A stretch of DNA of 64,000 bases from Flavobacteriales bacterium (GCA_965655625.1 CBFHHA010000004.1:17710-81709), one strand, 5' to 3'. Positions 10,765-22,603 are shown, numbered from the stretch's first letter. A program made the numbers and translations. Notes: generated by a model from the letters alone, not told the origin.

Positions 10765-13191
10765 TTAAAATAATCCACTATTCGAAAAATTATTGTAATC
10801 TATAGATTCATTCAAATCTTGTTCAGAACAATTGGTATAATCGTCTTGATAGTTCTCAGGCAGTTCAAAGTCGCCTTTCGATATCTTAATCGTTGAATCT
10901 TTGTAAATCTTATTCATGTAATATCCCCAAATTGGCAACGAGGTATTTGCACCTTGACCCAGTGCTGTACTCACAAAACGAACACCACGATCTTCGCAAC
11001 CTACCCAAACTCCTGATACTAAATCTGGCGTAAGACCAATAAACCATCCATCACTATTACTTTGTGTTGTTCCAGTTTTTCCGGCAATTGGGTATTTAAT
11101 ATTTCCATATTTTCGCCAAGAAGACCTCAATCTCATAGAAGTTCCTCCGTACTTTTTGGTTGCAGGATTGTAAACACCATCTACTACTCCTTTCATCATT
11201 TTTATCATAGTAGCAGATAAATTAGCATCAAATACTTGATCCGTTTCTGGTTGTGCTTCATAAATCACAGCTCCATTTTTATCCTCTATCCGAGTGATAA
11301 TCATTGGCTTTATATACACTCCATTATTCGCGAATGTACTCATAGCTCCTACCATTTCGTACACAGATAAATCAACGGCTCCAAGTGCTATGGAAGGATA
11401 TTCATTTATTTGGTTTCCATCTAGTCCCATTTTCAACGCGTTCTCTTTTACTTTTTTAGGTCCAATCTTTCTCATGATTGCAGCCGTTATGCTATTCATC
11501 GAGGAAGCAAGTCCAAACTTTACTTGGTAAGGCAATCCATTGAAACTTTCGCCAGCATTTTTGGGACACCATTGTCTATTCTCATTATCAGGTATTGGGC
11601 AACAGTGCTCAATATTCAAAATTTCTTCGCAAGGAGATGATACGCCAGCATCAATGGCAGAAGCATAGACTATTGGCTTGAAGGTAGACCCTACTTGTCG
11701 TTTTCCTTGCCTCACCATGTCGTACTGAAAGTAGTTAAAATTTGGTCCTCCAACCCATGCTTTTACAAATCCAGTTTTTGGATCCATTGACATCATTCCT
11801 GCCCTCAAAAAACTTTTGAGGTATTTAATCTTGTTCATGGGGGAGATAAGCGTATCTTTTTTGTAACCTGGGGCAGTCCAATCAAAAACTTGAGTTTCTA
11901 TGGGCTTGTTAAATATCGTATCTATTTCTGCCTTTGTGTAACTTGGGTTTATGTGATTTGGATTGTAATTACAAATGTATTTTCCCTTTTTCTTTTTGGT
12001 TCCTGGCCTTTCGCACTCGGCACAAGCAGCACCTGTCAATGTTTTGTACAACATGGTTTTTTTCTTGGCTCTTGTGAGTATTTGATCAGCTTCTTTCTCG
12101 TCAATTGCTCGCACAAACGGATAGCGAGGATAAGAATATTTCCTTTTCATTGCTTTATGCAAGTCGGCTTGCAATTCATTTCCTAGATGTTGCATGACTG
12201 CATATTCGGCATATTTCTGCATCCTAGAATCAATGGTTGTGTAGATTTTCAGCCCATCTTTTCTGATATTATAAGGTTTTCCTGTTTCTTTGTTTAGGTA
12301 GTTGAAATCGCCATTCTCATTCTTTTCCTTCATCATACGGTTGAGATCAGCTCGTAAACTTTCTCTAAAATAAGGAGCTATTCCTTCTTTGTGATCCACC
12401 GAAGTTAGGTTTAATCCCAAAGGCAAGACTCTAATTGAATCGTACTGAGTTCTGGTTAGATGATCATTGTTCATCATTTGTTTTAGCACAACCTCTCTTC
12501 TTTTGAGGGCAGCCTCCGGAAATCTTTTTGGGTTATATCCGTTTGGGTTTTTCACCATCCCTACCAGCATAGCCGCTTCCTGAACATTTAATTCTGAAGG
12601 TGTTTTGCTAAAGTACACTTTGGATGCCGAGTGAATCCCTACCCCTTGATTCAAAAAATCTACTTTATTGAAGTACATGGTAAGAATCTCTTCTTTCGTA
12701 TACCTTCTCTCTAGCTCGGCTGCGATTATCCATTCGCCTAACTTTTGCTTGACTCTATTGATAAATCCCGCAGCTCTTTCTCCGTATAAATTTAAGGCCA
12801 ACTGCTGAGACAACGTACTTCCACCTCCGTCTTTACCCATTCCTCTAATTGCTCTCGCCAAGGCTTCGACATCGATTCCAGAGTGATTATAAAACCTTTC
12901 ATCTTCGGTTGCAACTAGTGCTATTACCAAGTTCTTGGATAGTTCATGGTAATCTACATGAGTTCTGTTTTGCAGGTAATATTCGCCTATCACAACTCCA
13001 TCTGAGGTAATAACTTGGGAGGCCAAATTACTTTTCGGATTATCCAATTCTTCAATACTTGGTAAATCAGTAAAATAACGAACGATAAGCAATGCAAAAG
13101 CTAGAGCAACAAACGGACCTAAGATTAATACCCAGGCGAGCCTTTTCATCCACTTTCGGTTCTTTTTTGGTTTTGGTTTAGTTTGTCCCAT
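10765..13191 (-). CDS. Class A penicillin-binding protein (PBP1A, transglycosylase/transpeptidase)
   Basis: [31 protein letters not shown] motifs. Confidence 0.93.
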   Translation of the reverse strand: MGQTKPKPKKNRKWMKRLAWVLILGPFVALAFALLIVRYFTDLPSIEELDNPKSNLASQVITSDGVVIGEYYLQNRTHVDYHELSKNLVIALVATEDERFYNHSGIDVEALARAIRGMGKDGGGSTLSQQLALNLYGERAAGFINRVKQKLGEWIIAAELERRYTKEEILTMYFNKVDFLNQGVGIHSASKVYFSKTPSELNVQEAAMLVGMVKNPNGYNPKRFPEAALKRREVVLKQMMNNDHLTRTQYDSIRVLPLGLNLTSVDHKEGIAPYFRESLRADLNRMMKEKNENGDFNYLNKETGKPYNIRKDGLKIYTTIDSRMQKYAEYAVMQHLGNELQADLHKAMKRKYSYPRYPFVRAIDEKEADQILTRAKKKTMLYKTLTGAACAECERPGTKKKKGKYICNYNPNHINPSYTKAEIDTIFNKPIETQVFDWTAPGYKKDTLISPMNKIKYLKSFLRAGMMSMDPKTGFVKAWVGGPNFNYFQYDMVRQGKRQVGSTFKPIVYASAIDAGVSSPCEEILNIEHCCPIPDNENRQWCPKNAGESFNGLPYQVKFGLASSMNSITAAIMRKIGPKKVKENALKMGLDGNQINEYPSIALGAVDLSVYEMVGAMSTFANNGVYIKPMIITRIEDKNGAVIYEAQPETDQVFDANLSATMIKMMKGVVDGVYNPATKKYGGTSMRLRSSWRKYGNIKYPIAGKTGTTQSNSDGWFIGLTPDLVSGVWVGCEDRGVRFVSTALGQGANTSLPIWGYYMNKIYKDSTIKISKGDFELPENYQDDYTNCSEQDLNESIDYNNFSNSGLF

Positions 13192-13663
13192 CTTTTTTCA
13201 TAATTTTCAACCCAACATCTTTAACCCCTTCAAGATTCTCCTCTCTCATTCCCTGGGTAAACACTAAGGAATAAACTCCTCTTGTGGGTAGTTTGGTTTT
13301 TAAAAAATACATACTATTTTCTATTACAGTTCCGCTTGCAGATTTACCCAACCATTGGCCATTTGGCTTTGCCAAAATAAATTGGGCAGTATCAGTTTTT
13401 GTTCTGCCATCAGGAGATTGTAACGACCAAAAAACAAACATATTCCCATAGCCGTAATCGTTGTTATTTCGCAAATTGAAATAAAACTCATACAGTTTTG
13501 TGGTATCGACAATATCAAAATCAAAAAACTTGGGGTCTTTAGCATTCCAAGAAACATCCTCAATTTTTTGAAATTTCTGAAAATAGATTTCCTCTCCATT
13601 ACATGAATAGAGAAGTAAATTCACAGCTATCAATGCACTAAAAAACCACCTACTTTTTGTCAT
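13178..13663 (-). CDS. gldH: Gliding motility lipoprotein GldH
   Basis: Lipobox LYSC; LRNNNDYGYGN, G.WLGK, QGMREE.L.GV.DVG; PBP1A-gldH-ricT synteny; start moved to ATG 13663. Confidence 0.85.
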   Translation of the reverse strand: MTKSRWFFSALIAVNLLLYSCNGEEIYFQKFQKIEDVSWNAKDPKFFDFDIVDTTKLYEFYFNLRNNNDYGYGNMFVFWSLQSPDGRTKTDTAQFILAKPNGQWLGKSASGTVIENSMYFLKTKLPTRGVYSLVFTQGMREENLEGVKDVGLKIMKKDGTN

Positions 13664-14837
13664 TAGATTTTGGTTTCTGGGTGTTCTTATTTCTTTTGTT
13701 TCTATTCTTGTTGTTGGGCTTTCTTTTTTTCTTTTTCTTCTTAAAATTATCATCAAATCGCGTCAAACTATCCTGAGCATCAACAGCGGCATATTTTTCT
13801 TCTTCAACCGGTTCAAAATCTATAAATTCTTTCAAACTAACTGGCTTCTTTCCCGCTTTATTCATGGCAATAATTTCTTTCACTCTATCTACCGACAATC
13901 CAATAAAATCATTGTTTCTATCTTTTGATTCTACCGTAAACCACATAGTTTGTGAAAAAACGTCTGTTTTCATGTGGCGAGCTTTCCCTCCTTCTGTCTG
14001 GAGTGTTGTATTTGGCTTAGGAAAAGTTTTCATCAATTCCATGTAGGCGTCCAATTCAAAATTCAAACAACACTTTAGTTTACCGCATTGCCCGGCAAGT
14101 TTTTGAGGATTGAGCGACAACTGCTGGTAACGAGCAGCCGAAGTATTCACCGACCTAAAATCAGTTAACCAAGTTGAACAACAAAGTTCTCTTCCGCAAG
14201 AACCAATCCCTCCTAGTTTACCCGCTTCTTGCCTCATTCCTATCTGCTTCATTTCTATCCTCACTTTGAATTCGGAAGAATATTTTTTAATCAACTCTCT
14301 AAAATCAACTCGTTGGTCGGCAGTGTAATAAAAAGTAGCTTTGCTCATATCTCCTTGAAACTCGATATCACTGATTTTCATTTTCAGTTTTTCCTCGATT
14401 GCAATGGTTCTGGCCCTTGGCATGATTCTTTTTTCTTCCTCTCTTCCAGCGTGCCAGGTTTTTATATCTTCTTCGGTTGCTTTTCTCAAGATTGCAGGAA
14501 GATTCCTGGTTTCGGTAATTTTCTTTTTGCTCAACTGCAACTTTACCAATTCTCCTTTTAGCGAAACTACACCCACATCAACCCCACTAGCTGTCTGCAC
14601 AGCTACAATATCCGTTTGGTACAAACTCAGGTTATCTGAATTTCTGAAATACTCCTTTCTGTCGTTCTTGAAACGAACCTCTACGATATCAAATGGTTTT
14701 TCTCCGGTTGGTATTTGCATATTCTCCAACCAATCAAAAACCGACATCTTATCGCAGCCGCCAGTCCCACACGATCCGTTACTTTTACAGCCATTTGGCA
14801 CTCCTGTTTTATTATTCGAACATGATGAACATCCCAT
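13650..14837 (-). CDS. PSP1-domain RicT/YaaT-like protein
   Basis: RVDFRELIK, GGIGSCGRELCC, KLAGQCGKLKCCL. Confidence 0.9.
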   Translation of the reverse strand: MGCSSCSNNKTGVPNGCKSNGSCGTGGCDKMSVFDWLENMQIPTGEKPFDIVEVRFKNDRKEYFRNSDNLSLYQTDIVAVQTASGVDVGVVSLKGELVKLQLSKKKITETRNLPAILRKATEEDIKTWHAGREEEKRIMPRARTIAIEEKLKMKISDIEFQGDMSKATFYYTADQRVDFRELIKKYSSEFKVRIEMKQIGMRQEAGKLGGIGSCGRELCCSTWLTDFRSVNTSAARYQQLSLNPQKLAGQCGKLKCCLNFELDAYMELMKTFPKPNTTLQTEGGKARHMKTDVFSQTMWFTVESKDRNNDFIGLSVDRVKEIIAMNKAGKKPVSLKEFIDFEPVEEEKYAAVDAQDSLTRFDDNFKKKKKKRKPNNKNRNKRNKNTQKPKSNDKK

Positions 14838-15051
14838 TTTTGTTGTCTATTTTATAAAGCTAACTGTTTGCAAATTAGCCGATTATTTAATGTATACACC
14901 CCCGATTTCTTTCACAGAATATGGGTATGTTATGAATATCAAATATACTGAAAACTATTAGTTTTTGTGGAATTTTAAAAGAGGTATTTTTGCCTAAATA
15001 TAGATTTTTAAGCCGCCCTTTGTTGGGATATTTGGCAAAACGAAAGGGAAC

Positions 15052-16170
15052 TTACTTTTTTATCAATTTGAATAAATCGAATGATAAATCCAAGAAAAGA
15101 ATTTTTGCATTTGCATTTCTATCAATGTGGTAATATGCTTCGGACATTATTTCATGCAAGTGGCTAATATTACGTTCGTGGATGTAAGGCATAAAATTCT
15201 GGATAAACTTTTTTTGTTCTTCGGTTGCTTTTACATTTTGCATCCCCACAAAATTTCCCATCAAACTTTTTTGAAACACGGAAAGCACAAACAACAAAAA
15301 TGCTTTTTGTTTTTCTTTTCCCATTTTTTGTACTTGGGCAACAAACTTTACTGCTCCTGCCACATCTTTTTTGAAGCAAAGCCTCATCCAACTTACGAAA
15401 TTATCGAAGTAAAAGCTTTTTTCTTCCCCCATTTCCATTTCGTTTAGCGCCAACGAGAAATCTCCATTTACGTAACTAGCAATTTCGGTAGCTCGCTGTT
15501 CATCTGCTCCTACTTTCTCTAACAAACCTTGCACAATTTGACTCTCTGGTAGTGGACTCACCTTGATCAATTGAGTTCTTGACAAGATGGTTGGCAGGAT
15601 GCTTTCGATGCTTTCTGCGACCAGAAAAATCAAGGTTTTTTCGGGCGGTTCTTCTATTAATTTGAGTAATTTATTGGCAGCTGCTGAATTCATGTTTTCT
15701 GCCAGCCAAAAAACGCTGACTTTGTAGCCTCCTTCATAAGATTTTAAGCTGATTTTCTCAGCTATTCTTTTGCTCTCGTCTACCCCAATTAGCCCTTTCT
15801 TATTTTCGTTGCCGGTGTGGTGATACCAGTCTTGCTCAGATGAGTAAGGCGATTTCTGTATCATTTCGCGCCAAGCTTGCAAAAAGTCGTCTGAAGTTTT
15901 CTTTTTAGCTTCGAGCTGAACGGGAAAAGAGAAATGGACATCTGGGTGAGAAAGTTGTGCAATCTTGCGGCATGAGGCACATTGTCCACACGAATCTTCG
16001 GGAGATTTATTGGTACAAAAAACATATTGGGAATAGGCCAATGCCAAAGCAAAGGAACCGTAACCTATTTTTCCGTGAAACAACTGGGCATGACTGATTC
16101 TGTCCGTTGCTACCGTTTGGATCAGGTTTTTCTTGACGGCATCTTGCCCTATAATTTCCTTGAATTGCAT
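15052..16170 (-). CDS. holB: DNA polymerase III delta' subunit
   Basis: CGQCASC zinc motif, HPDVHF, AANKLLKLIEEP, LPTILSR. Confidence 0.92.
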   Translation of the reverse strand: MQFKEIIGQDAVKKNLIQTVATDRISHAQLFHGKIGYGSFALALAYSQYVFCTNKSPEDSCGQCASCRKIAQLSHPDVHFSFPVQLEAKKKTSDDFLQAWREMIQKSPYSSEQDWYHHTGNENKKGLIGVDESKRIAEKISLKSYEGGYKVSVFWLAENMNSAAANKLLKLIEEPPEKTLIFLVAESIESILPTILSRTQLIKVSPLPESQIVQGLLEKVGADEQRATEIASYVNGDFSLALNEMEMGEEKSFYFDNFVSWMRLCFKKDVAGAVKFVAQVQKMGKEKQKAFLLFVLSVFQKSLMGNFVGMQNVKATEEQKKFIQNFMPYIHERNISHLHEIMSEAYYHIDRNANAKILFLDLSFDLFKLIKK

Positions 16171-16269
16171 GGTTCAAATGTAACTAAAATCGGAGAAATA
16201 AATACGGTTTGGTGCGGGAGAAAAATGCGGAATTTGTCACTCGGGTTGTTCCTCGTAATTCTTGTGTTA

Positions 16270-16335
16270 GCGATTGCAGCCATTGTTTGAGCTCTTCTCG
16301 TGAGCAACGAGAAAGCGAGGGCGGAAAGCGCGACC
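16270..16335. repeat. REP-like GC-rich intergenic element
   Basis: GCGATTGCAGC...GCGGAAAGCGCG frame with internal hairpin TTCTCGT-gagca-ACGAGAA; single copy in window. Confidence 0.4.
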
Positions 16336-16415
16336 TAGTGTTAAACTAGGTAACACCCAAAAAACAATGAATATGCAGAAATTCTTTGTTTCTTTGTAGC
16401 ATAAAGAAATAAATT

Positions 16416-17324
16416 ATGGCACACAAAGCAGGTTTTGTAAATATTGTAGGGAGTCCAAATGTAGGAAAATCGACCTTGATGAATGGATTGGTTGGGGCTA
16501 GAATGTCGATAATCACCTCCAAACATCAAACTACAAGACACAGAATAAGAGGAATTGTAAATGGTCCGGATTTCCAAATTGTGTATTCTGACACTCCGGG
16601 AGTTCTTGAACCAAAATACAAGCTGCACGAAAAAATGATGAATTTTGTGAGTGAATCATTGAGAGATGCCGACATTATTCTGTTGGTAACGGATATTTTT
16701 GAGGATTCCATGAATCATGCTGAAACATTGAGAAAAATTACGGAAATGGATGTGCCAAAATTTGTGTTGATCAACAAAATAGACTTGGCGAAAGACATGG
16801 AAACTGTGGAAAAAAAAGTAGAGTCTTGGGCTAAATTAATGCCGGGAGCACAGATTTTGCCTATTTCGGCTTTGGAGAAAGTGAATACCGATTTTGTGAT
16901 TCAGAAAATAAAAGAATTGTTGCCCGAATCGCCTGCTTATTTTCCAAAAGATGAATTGACAGATAAACCGATGAGGTTTTTTATCTCGGAAATTATTAGA
17001 GAAAAAATATTTACGACTTACAACAAAGAGGTTCCTTATTCGTGCGAAGTGTTAGTAGAAGAATACAAAGAAGATGTGCCAACTGAGGGAAAATCGAAGA
17101 AGACAATCACCAAAATTAGGGCGTTAATTTTGGTAAACCGAGAGACACAGAAGGGTATAATAATTGGACATCAAGGGAATAAATTGACGAAAGTGGGAAC
17201 TGAGGCAAGAAAAGACATTGAGGAGTTTATTGGGAAAAAAGTGTTTTTGGACCTTTATGTAAAGGTGGACAAGGACTGGAAAGAAAAGGACAATAAACTG
17301 AACCAGTTTGGTTATGATGGATAA
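16416..17324 (+). CDS. era: GTPase Era
   Basis: GSPNVGKSTL, QTTRHRI, DTPG, NKID, C-terminal KH domain (IIGHQG). Confidence 0.96.
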   Translation: MAHKAGFVNIVGSPNVGKSTLMNGLVGARMSIITSKHQTTRHRIRGIVNGPDFQIVYSDTPGVLEPKYKLHEKMMNFVSESLRDADIILLVTDIFEDSMNHAETLRKITEMDVPKFVLINKIDLAKDMETVEKKVESWAKLMPGAQILPISALEKVNTDFVIQKIKELLPESPAYFPKDELTDKPMRFFISEIIREKIFTTYNKEVPYSCEVLVEEYKEDVPTEGKSKKTITKIRALILVNRETQKGIIIGHQGNKLTKVGTEARKDIEEFIGKKVFLDLYVKVDKDWKEKDNKLNQFGYDG

Positions 17325-17327
17325 GAA

Positions 17328-18008
17328 ATGAGCAAGTTGAATTCTCTTATTCCGGAAGATTGGCAGACGGTTTTGGCAGAAGAATTAGCCTCCGACCGAT
17401 TTGACCGCTTAACGAAATTTGTAACGAACGAATACTCGGAATCTATTTGCTTTCCTGCCAAAAAAAATATTTTTAGGGCATTAGAAAAGTGCCCCTGGGA
17501 CGATATCAAAGTGGTTATTTTGGGTCAAGATCCGTATCACGGGGAAGGCCAAGCTCAGGGGTTGAGTTTCTCTGTTCCGGCAGGGGCAAAATTCCCTCCC
17601 TCGCTCCGCAATATTTTCAAAGAATTGAGTTCAGACCTAGTCATTCAAGTTCCTTTTCAAGGAGATTTAACACCTTGGGCAAACCAAGGCGTGCTGCTGT
17701 TGAATGCCACACTTACAGTGCGCAAATCTGCGCCCGGAAGCCATCAAAAACAAGGATGGGAGGAATTTACTGATGGTATTATTCGATCTGTTTCGGAGAA
17801 GAAAAGTGGGGTTGTTTTTGTTTTGTGGGGAAAATTTGCTGAACAAAAAACAGCTCTTATTGATTCGGACAAACATTTAATTTTGACCTCTTCACATCCT
17901 TCTCCTTTCTCGGCTCACCGAGGTTTTTTGGGTTCTAAACCATTTAGCAAATCGAATGATTACCTGGTCTCGAAAGGAAAAAAGCCTATTGATTGGGACT
18001 TGGACTAA
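17328..18008 (+). CDS. ung: Uracil-DNA glycosylase
   Basis: GQDPYH, PPSLRNI, GVLLLN, HPSPFS. Confidence 0.97.
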   Translation: MSKLNSLIPEDWQTVLAEELASDRFDRLTKFVTNEYSESICFPAKKNIFRALEKCPWDDIKVVILGQDPYHGEGQAQGLSFSVPAGAKFPPSLRNIFKELSSDLVIQVPFQGDLTPWANQGVLLLNATLTVRKSAPGSHQKQGWEEFTDGIIRSVSEKKSGVVFVLWGKFAEQKTALIDSDKHLILTSSHPSPFSAHRGFLGSKPFSKSNDYLVSKGKKPIDWDLD

Positions 18009-18133
18009 AATTCGCTGATAAATCACCAAATTGATATAAAAAAAAGACCGTTTTGAGGTCGAGCCTAATGGAATATCAGAAGGGACAAAATTAGTAAGTA
18101 GAATTATTCTATTTTTATGCAAAATTGAACTAG

Positions 18134-19465
18134 TTGGAATACGCTATTGTAGACATAGAAACCACGGGAGGAACTCCCATAAATAGTAAGATAACCGAAA
18201 TAGCGATTATTATTACGGATGGAACCACGATTAAGGATTCGTACGAATCGCTCATAAACCCTGAGATTCCGATTCCGTATAACATCACTCGACTTACAGG
18301 GATAGACAACAGTATGGTGGCAGAGGCTCCACGATTTTTCGAAATTGCAAAAGAAATTTTATCGTTTTTGGAAGGAAGAATGTTTGTTGCTCACAATGTA
18401 AACTTCGATTATGGTCACATAAAGCGAGAGTTTAAAGAATTGGGCTACGATTTTGAAGCGGACAAATTGTGTACCGTAAGAATGTCGCGAAAAGTATTTC
18501 CTGGATTGCCCTCTTATAGTTTAGGAAAGCTTTGTAAATCGCTGGGGGTAACGCTAACAAGCCACCACAGAGCTATGGCTGACACAGCTGCTACCACCGA
18601 AATATTTCACCTGATTAAGGAACAAGATAAAAAAGCGGAGATCATTCAAGATTTTTCGATGAAGATTGGGATTGATAAACTACCTGGGAAACCGGGAGTA
18701 TATTACTTTAAAAATTATGAAGGGAAGATTATTTACATTGGCAAAAGCATCAACATAAAAAAAAGAGTGAAAAGTCACCTCAATAATTACCAGACAAAAA
18801 AAGGGCTGGCAATTATTGAAAATATTGATTCGGTAGATTTTGAAATCACGGGAAATGAAACACTCGCATTACTTTACGAAAATTTGGCGATAAAAACTCA
18901 CTTGCCAAAACACAATCGCAGACAGACGAAAACCAAGTTTCCGTTTGGAATAGTGGTGAACCGCCAAGGCAAATACCATTCGCTTGAGACAGTGAATGTT
19001 ACCAAAGACAAAAAAACGGTGATTGATTTTTCTTCGCGAAGAGAAGCGATGGAATTTATAAAAAAAACAATTGACCAATACGAACTTTGCCAAAAAATAA
19101 ACGGGCTTGAAAATCAAAATCGAGTAGGTTCTTGTTTTCGGTATCAACTGCATGATTGTCATGGAGCATGCATTGGAGAAGAAAGCCCAGAGGATTACAA
19201 CTTGCGCATAGAAAAATTTGAACAAAAGTACGGTTCGCCCAACGAAAGTGGAATTTTTGTGGCCAGGGGAAGAAAAACTTCTGAAAAAGGATTTGTTCTG
19301 TTGGAGAATGGCACGTTAACAGGTTTTGGATTTGTTTCTTCAAAAACTCCACTCAACTTTGGAACATTGAAACTCATGTCAGAGGTTTTTAATCCTGACA
19401 AGGATTACCAAGCTGTGATCAAAACTTTGTTCAGAAACGGGAATTTTGAAAAAGTGCAGGGTTAG
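18134..19465 (+). CDS. DEDDh 3'-5' exonuclease (PolIII epsilon-like) fused to GIY-YIG/UvrC-like nuclease
   Basis: DIETTG, AHNVNFD, HHRAMAD; PGVYYF...IYIGKSINIKKRV; C-terminal Cys cluster. Confidence 0.88.
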   Translation: MEYAIVDIETTGGTPINSKITEIAIIITDGTTIKDSYESLINPEIPIPYNITRLTGIDNSMVAEAPRFFEIAKEILSFLEGRMFVAHNVNFDYGHIKREFKELGYDFEADKLCTVRMSRKVFPGLPSYSLGKLCKSLGVTLTSHHRAMADTAATTEIFHLIKEQDKKAEIIQDFSMKIGIDKLPGKPGVYYFKNYEGKIIYIGKSINIKKRVKSHLNNYQTKKGLAIIENIDSVDFEITGNETLALLYENLAIKTHLPKHNRRQTKTKFPFGIVVNRQGKYHSLETVNVTKDKKTVIDFSSRREAMEFIKKTIDQYELCQKINGLENQNRVGSCFRYQLHDCHGACIGEESPEDYNLRIEKFEQKYGSPNESGIFVARGRKTSEKGFVLLENGTLTGFGFVSSKTPLNFGTLKLMSEVFNPDKDYQAVIKTLFRNGNFEKVQG

Positions 19466-19527
19466 TACTTTGGAACTGGACAAATGTTTTTTCTTGCTGA
19501 AAGACTTTTCTTTTGATAATCAATAAC

Positions 19528-20574
19528 TTATAGCTCCTCATTGAAATACACTTTGTAAAAGTGCATTTTCTTTTCATCATCGTATCCTCTTTCTACATTA
19601 TCTTTTACTGTATCTATTTCGTCCACATCAATTTTTATTTGAATTCGGGTATCCAGTAAAATTTCAGATTTTATCTTCTTCTTTTCTTTCTTGAGCGTTT
19701 GGGGCGAAATGGTAAAACTTTCTTCCAACTCCACTTGGTTTGCGAGTTTGTAATTCTCTTTATACTCGTCAAATTTATCTTTTATTTCGAACGGCTCAAG
19801 CAATTCTTCTTCTATTATTTCCTTGGTAATAAATAGGTTGTCATTAAAGACGCGAATCGTTTGATTCAAAAAGTCTTTTTGAGCATACGAATCATTTTCT
19901 TCCACCAAGTTGGATGAAAAATCTTTTATCAAATTTAAATAGTGCTTGGTTTGATAAGAATCATTCAACACCTCTTCCAGTCCCAAGAACGATTGTTTCC
20001 AATAGGCTGCATCGTATGAGTTATTGTCTACCGAAAACACTCTAAACCCTGAGTCTTTCTCGGTATTTAAAACCAGGCAACCTTTGTCAATTTTTTGGAG
20101 TCTCACTCCCTTTTCGATAATAAAATCTACTCCATCTGGGCGGTGATTGAAATTCAAATATTCTAGTTTTTTTTCAATTTTAAATATGCCAATTCCTGTC
20201 GTAATGATGTCTCCAAATTCAAGATCTTGAAATTCCACTACAAACAATTCTCCTGTTTTTATTTGAGGATGATTTGAATTCTCGTACAAATGATGCAAAA
20301 TAGAATTCGAGAAAGGAACAAATTCTTGTTTTCCAACAAAGTACTTTGCGCATAAGTCATACACAGTATTATATTCTAGCCCAATGTGATGACCAAATTT
20401 TTGTAGTTCCTGGCTTGCTCGTATCGAACTTACAAAAAGACCTTTGAGGGCTTTTTCTTCGCCTTCGGAAAGTTGCTGCTCTTGATGTGCAAGCACGTTA
20501 ATTTCTTCTCTCAATTTACTCCCTACTTTTTGTAGAGTTATTTTTTCGATAAAGGTTCTTTTGGTATTGAGCAT
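19528..20574 (-). CDS. Nucleoid-associated protein (NdpA/YejK-like)
   Basis: HPQIKTGELFV, KIDKGCLV, YWKQSFL, GYDDEKKMHFYKVYF as in the Bacteroidota family. Confidence 0.75.
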   Translation of the reverse strand: MLNTKRTFIEKITLQKVGSKLREEINVLAHQEQQLSEGEEKALKGLFVSSIRASQELQKFGHHIGLEYNTVYDLCAKYFVGKQEFVPFSNSILHHLYENSNHPQIKTGELFVVEFQDLEFGDIITTGIGIFKIEKKLEYLNFNHRPDGVDFIIEKGVRLQKIDKGCLVLNTEKDSGFRVFSVDNNSYDAAYWKQSFLGLEEVLNDSYQTKHYLNLIKDFSSNLVEENDSYAQKDFLNQTIRVFNDNLFITKEIIEEELLEPFEIKDKFDEYKENYKLANQVELEESFTISPQTLKKEKKKIKSEILLDTRIQIKIDVDEIDTVKDNVERGYDDEKKMHFYKVYFNEEL

Positions 20575-20715
20575 AATATTATTCTTGGAGTGCGAAGTTA
20601 AAAATAAATTCAGGACACATACAGCAGAACGCGTTCTTTATTAACACAAAAATCCTCCTGACAATTGGTCTCAAAGAGATTCTCGTCAAGAGGAAAAAAA
20701 ATTAGTTTGACGTAG

Positions 20716-21780
20716 TTATTTCTTAAAAATTCCGGCTTCTACCAGTACCTGAAAACTGTCTTCCATAGTTGTTTTTATGGGCCTAAATGACATTCCTAGC
20801 TCCGATTTTATTTTCGAATTATCTGCTTTCCAAGCTACATTCACGTTGTTTTTCACAAATTTTCTGGTCATTGATTTATTTACCATCGGTCCGATCAACG
20901 AGAGCAACCATTTGGGCAAGGCTTTCTTGGGAATTCCAAAATCGGCTCCGTACTTATCTTGTAAGGTTAGCGCCATTTCCAAAAAATCGGTATTGTGCCC
21001 CGAGGTGATGTACCTTCCTTTGGCTTCGGTTGTAAATCCTGCCAAATAATGAGCCTCCGCCACATCTCTCACATCTACAAACCCTACTCCCATTCTGGGT
21101 GCTCCGGCTTTCATGCTGCCATCACCCATTTGTTTTAGGATCGAAAAACTTTCTGAGGTAGTAAATGCTGGATTTAACATTGGGCCCAACACAAAAGAAG
21201 GATTAATCGTCACTAAATCAAATTGCTCCTGGGATTCGGTAATTTTCCAAGCTTTTTTCTCTGCCAAAGTTTTGGAATAGTAATAAGGCTGGTAGTGCAG
21301 CGAGGCTGTAGAATTCCATATTTCTTCGGTGAGAATGCCATTGGGAGCAGAAGCACATTCGGTAGCATCGGTGTATATTGCAGCGCAGCTACTTGTCACC
21401 ACCACTCTTTTTACCGAATCGGTCTTTTTAGCGGTTTCCAGCACATTGGCGGTTCCTTTTACTGCTGGGTCTATCAGTTCTTTTTGTGGATCTTTGAAGT
21501 CGCTTGTAAAAGGCGAGGCCGTATGGAACACAAGTTCGCAACCCGCCATTGCTTCTTGGTAGGATCCTTCTTGCAACAAATCCGATTTGAAATAGACAAT
21601 GCTACCAGGACTATTTTTCGCTAGTTCATTTAAGTGGGCAATTTTCTCCAATTTGTCTGGGTTTCTCACTGCGGCATGAACCGTAATTCCTTCTTCTAGT
21701 AATTTTTTTACGAGCCATCCGGCTACAAATCCTGTGGCTCCCGTAACTAATGCGGGTTTCGTTTTATCTATTTTGATCAT
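20716..21780 (-). CDS. NAD-dependent epimerase/dehydratase (dihydroflavonol-reductase-like SDR)
   Basis: TGATGFVA, HTASP, YYYSKTLAE, VDVRDVA. Confidence 0.9.
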   Translation of the reverse strand: MIKIDKTKPALVTGATGFVAGWLVKKLLEEGITVHAAVRNPDKLEKIAHLNELAKNSPGSIVYFKSDLLQEGSYQEAMAGCELVFHTASPFTSDFKDPQKELIDPAVKGTANVLETAKKTDSVKRVVVTSSCAAIYTDATECASAPNGILTEEIWNSTASLHYQPYYYSKTLAEKKAWKITESQEQFDLVTINPSFVLGPMLNPAFTTSESFSILKQMGDGSMKAGAPRMGVGFVDVRDVAEAHYLAGFTTEAKGRYITSGHNTDFLEMALTLQDKYGADFGIPKKALPKWLLSLIGPMVNKSMTRKFVKNNVNVAWKADNSKIKSELGMSFRPIKTTMEDSFQVLVEAGIFKK

Positions 21781-21900
21781 CGTTCTATATTTTGAACTAA
21801 AGGTCTTATTTATTTTCTACAATTGCTGATTTTCCGGAAAATTAACTCACAGATAAAGTATTTAGCTCGAAAACTATTGATTTTTTGAGAGATAACCCAT

Positions 21901-21930
21901 GCTGGCGCTCGTATGCAACGAGTGCCCACA
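21901..21930. repeat. REP-like palindrome at left edge of island
   Basis: GGCGCTCGT-atgca-ACGAGTGCC GC-rich hairpin in AT-rich context. Confidence 0.45.
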
Positions 21931-22603
21931 TTCTTTATTCGTTTGGAACGAATATAAATTTCAACTACTTCAACGGAATCATTTACAGCTTGTCCTAACT
22001 AATCAGTATTTAGCTTTTCATAACATGACTGAAGCAGCTTAGCTAATTCGGAGCTGGTTACCCAGAAATCATCAAGAGGTAGAAATAAGGTACAAAACCG
22101 ATCAATTTAGATGGTTTTTGCACAATTATTTTCGGTTGCCCTGTTTATTTTAGTTACTAAACTGTAACTCTTTTCTTTTCTAAAAAAACTTAATTCTCGA
22201 GATAAATTCGACTTGCAAAAATCGAATATTTACTAACTCACTTACTTCCCAATACAAAAAGTACATTGTATTGATTTACAGTGTTTTATACCTCTAAAAT
22301 ACAAATAAAAAACAAAAATTAAGGAATAAGAGAAGTAACAGAGAGAAAAGGCAATTCCGTTTTCATCTGACTCAGCAAAACAATCTTTTAGAATGATGTT
22401 TTTAAAGAATCATTGAAAATATCTGCTTTATTTTTTGGCTTTTAGACTTTGGAAGTATTGTAAATAAATTAATCCTTGAGTGACAACAGAGGAACTATGA
22501 AAAAAACCAAATACATTCGTTACCACTTTTCAAAAGATTCCCTGACACCATTTATTCTGCCAAAAACCTAAAAAATCTTAGCTATTTATCATTGACAAAA
22601 AAA

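Noticed and set aside
21950..22200. Possible decayed ORF at the island's left edge
   Set aside because: Multiple stops in the frame examined and no recognisable similarity to an integrase or other family
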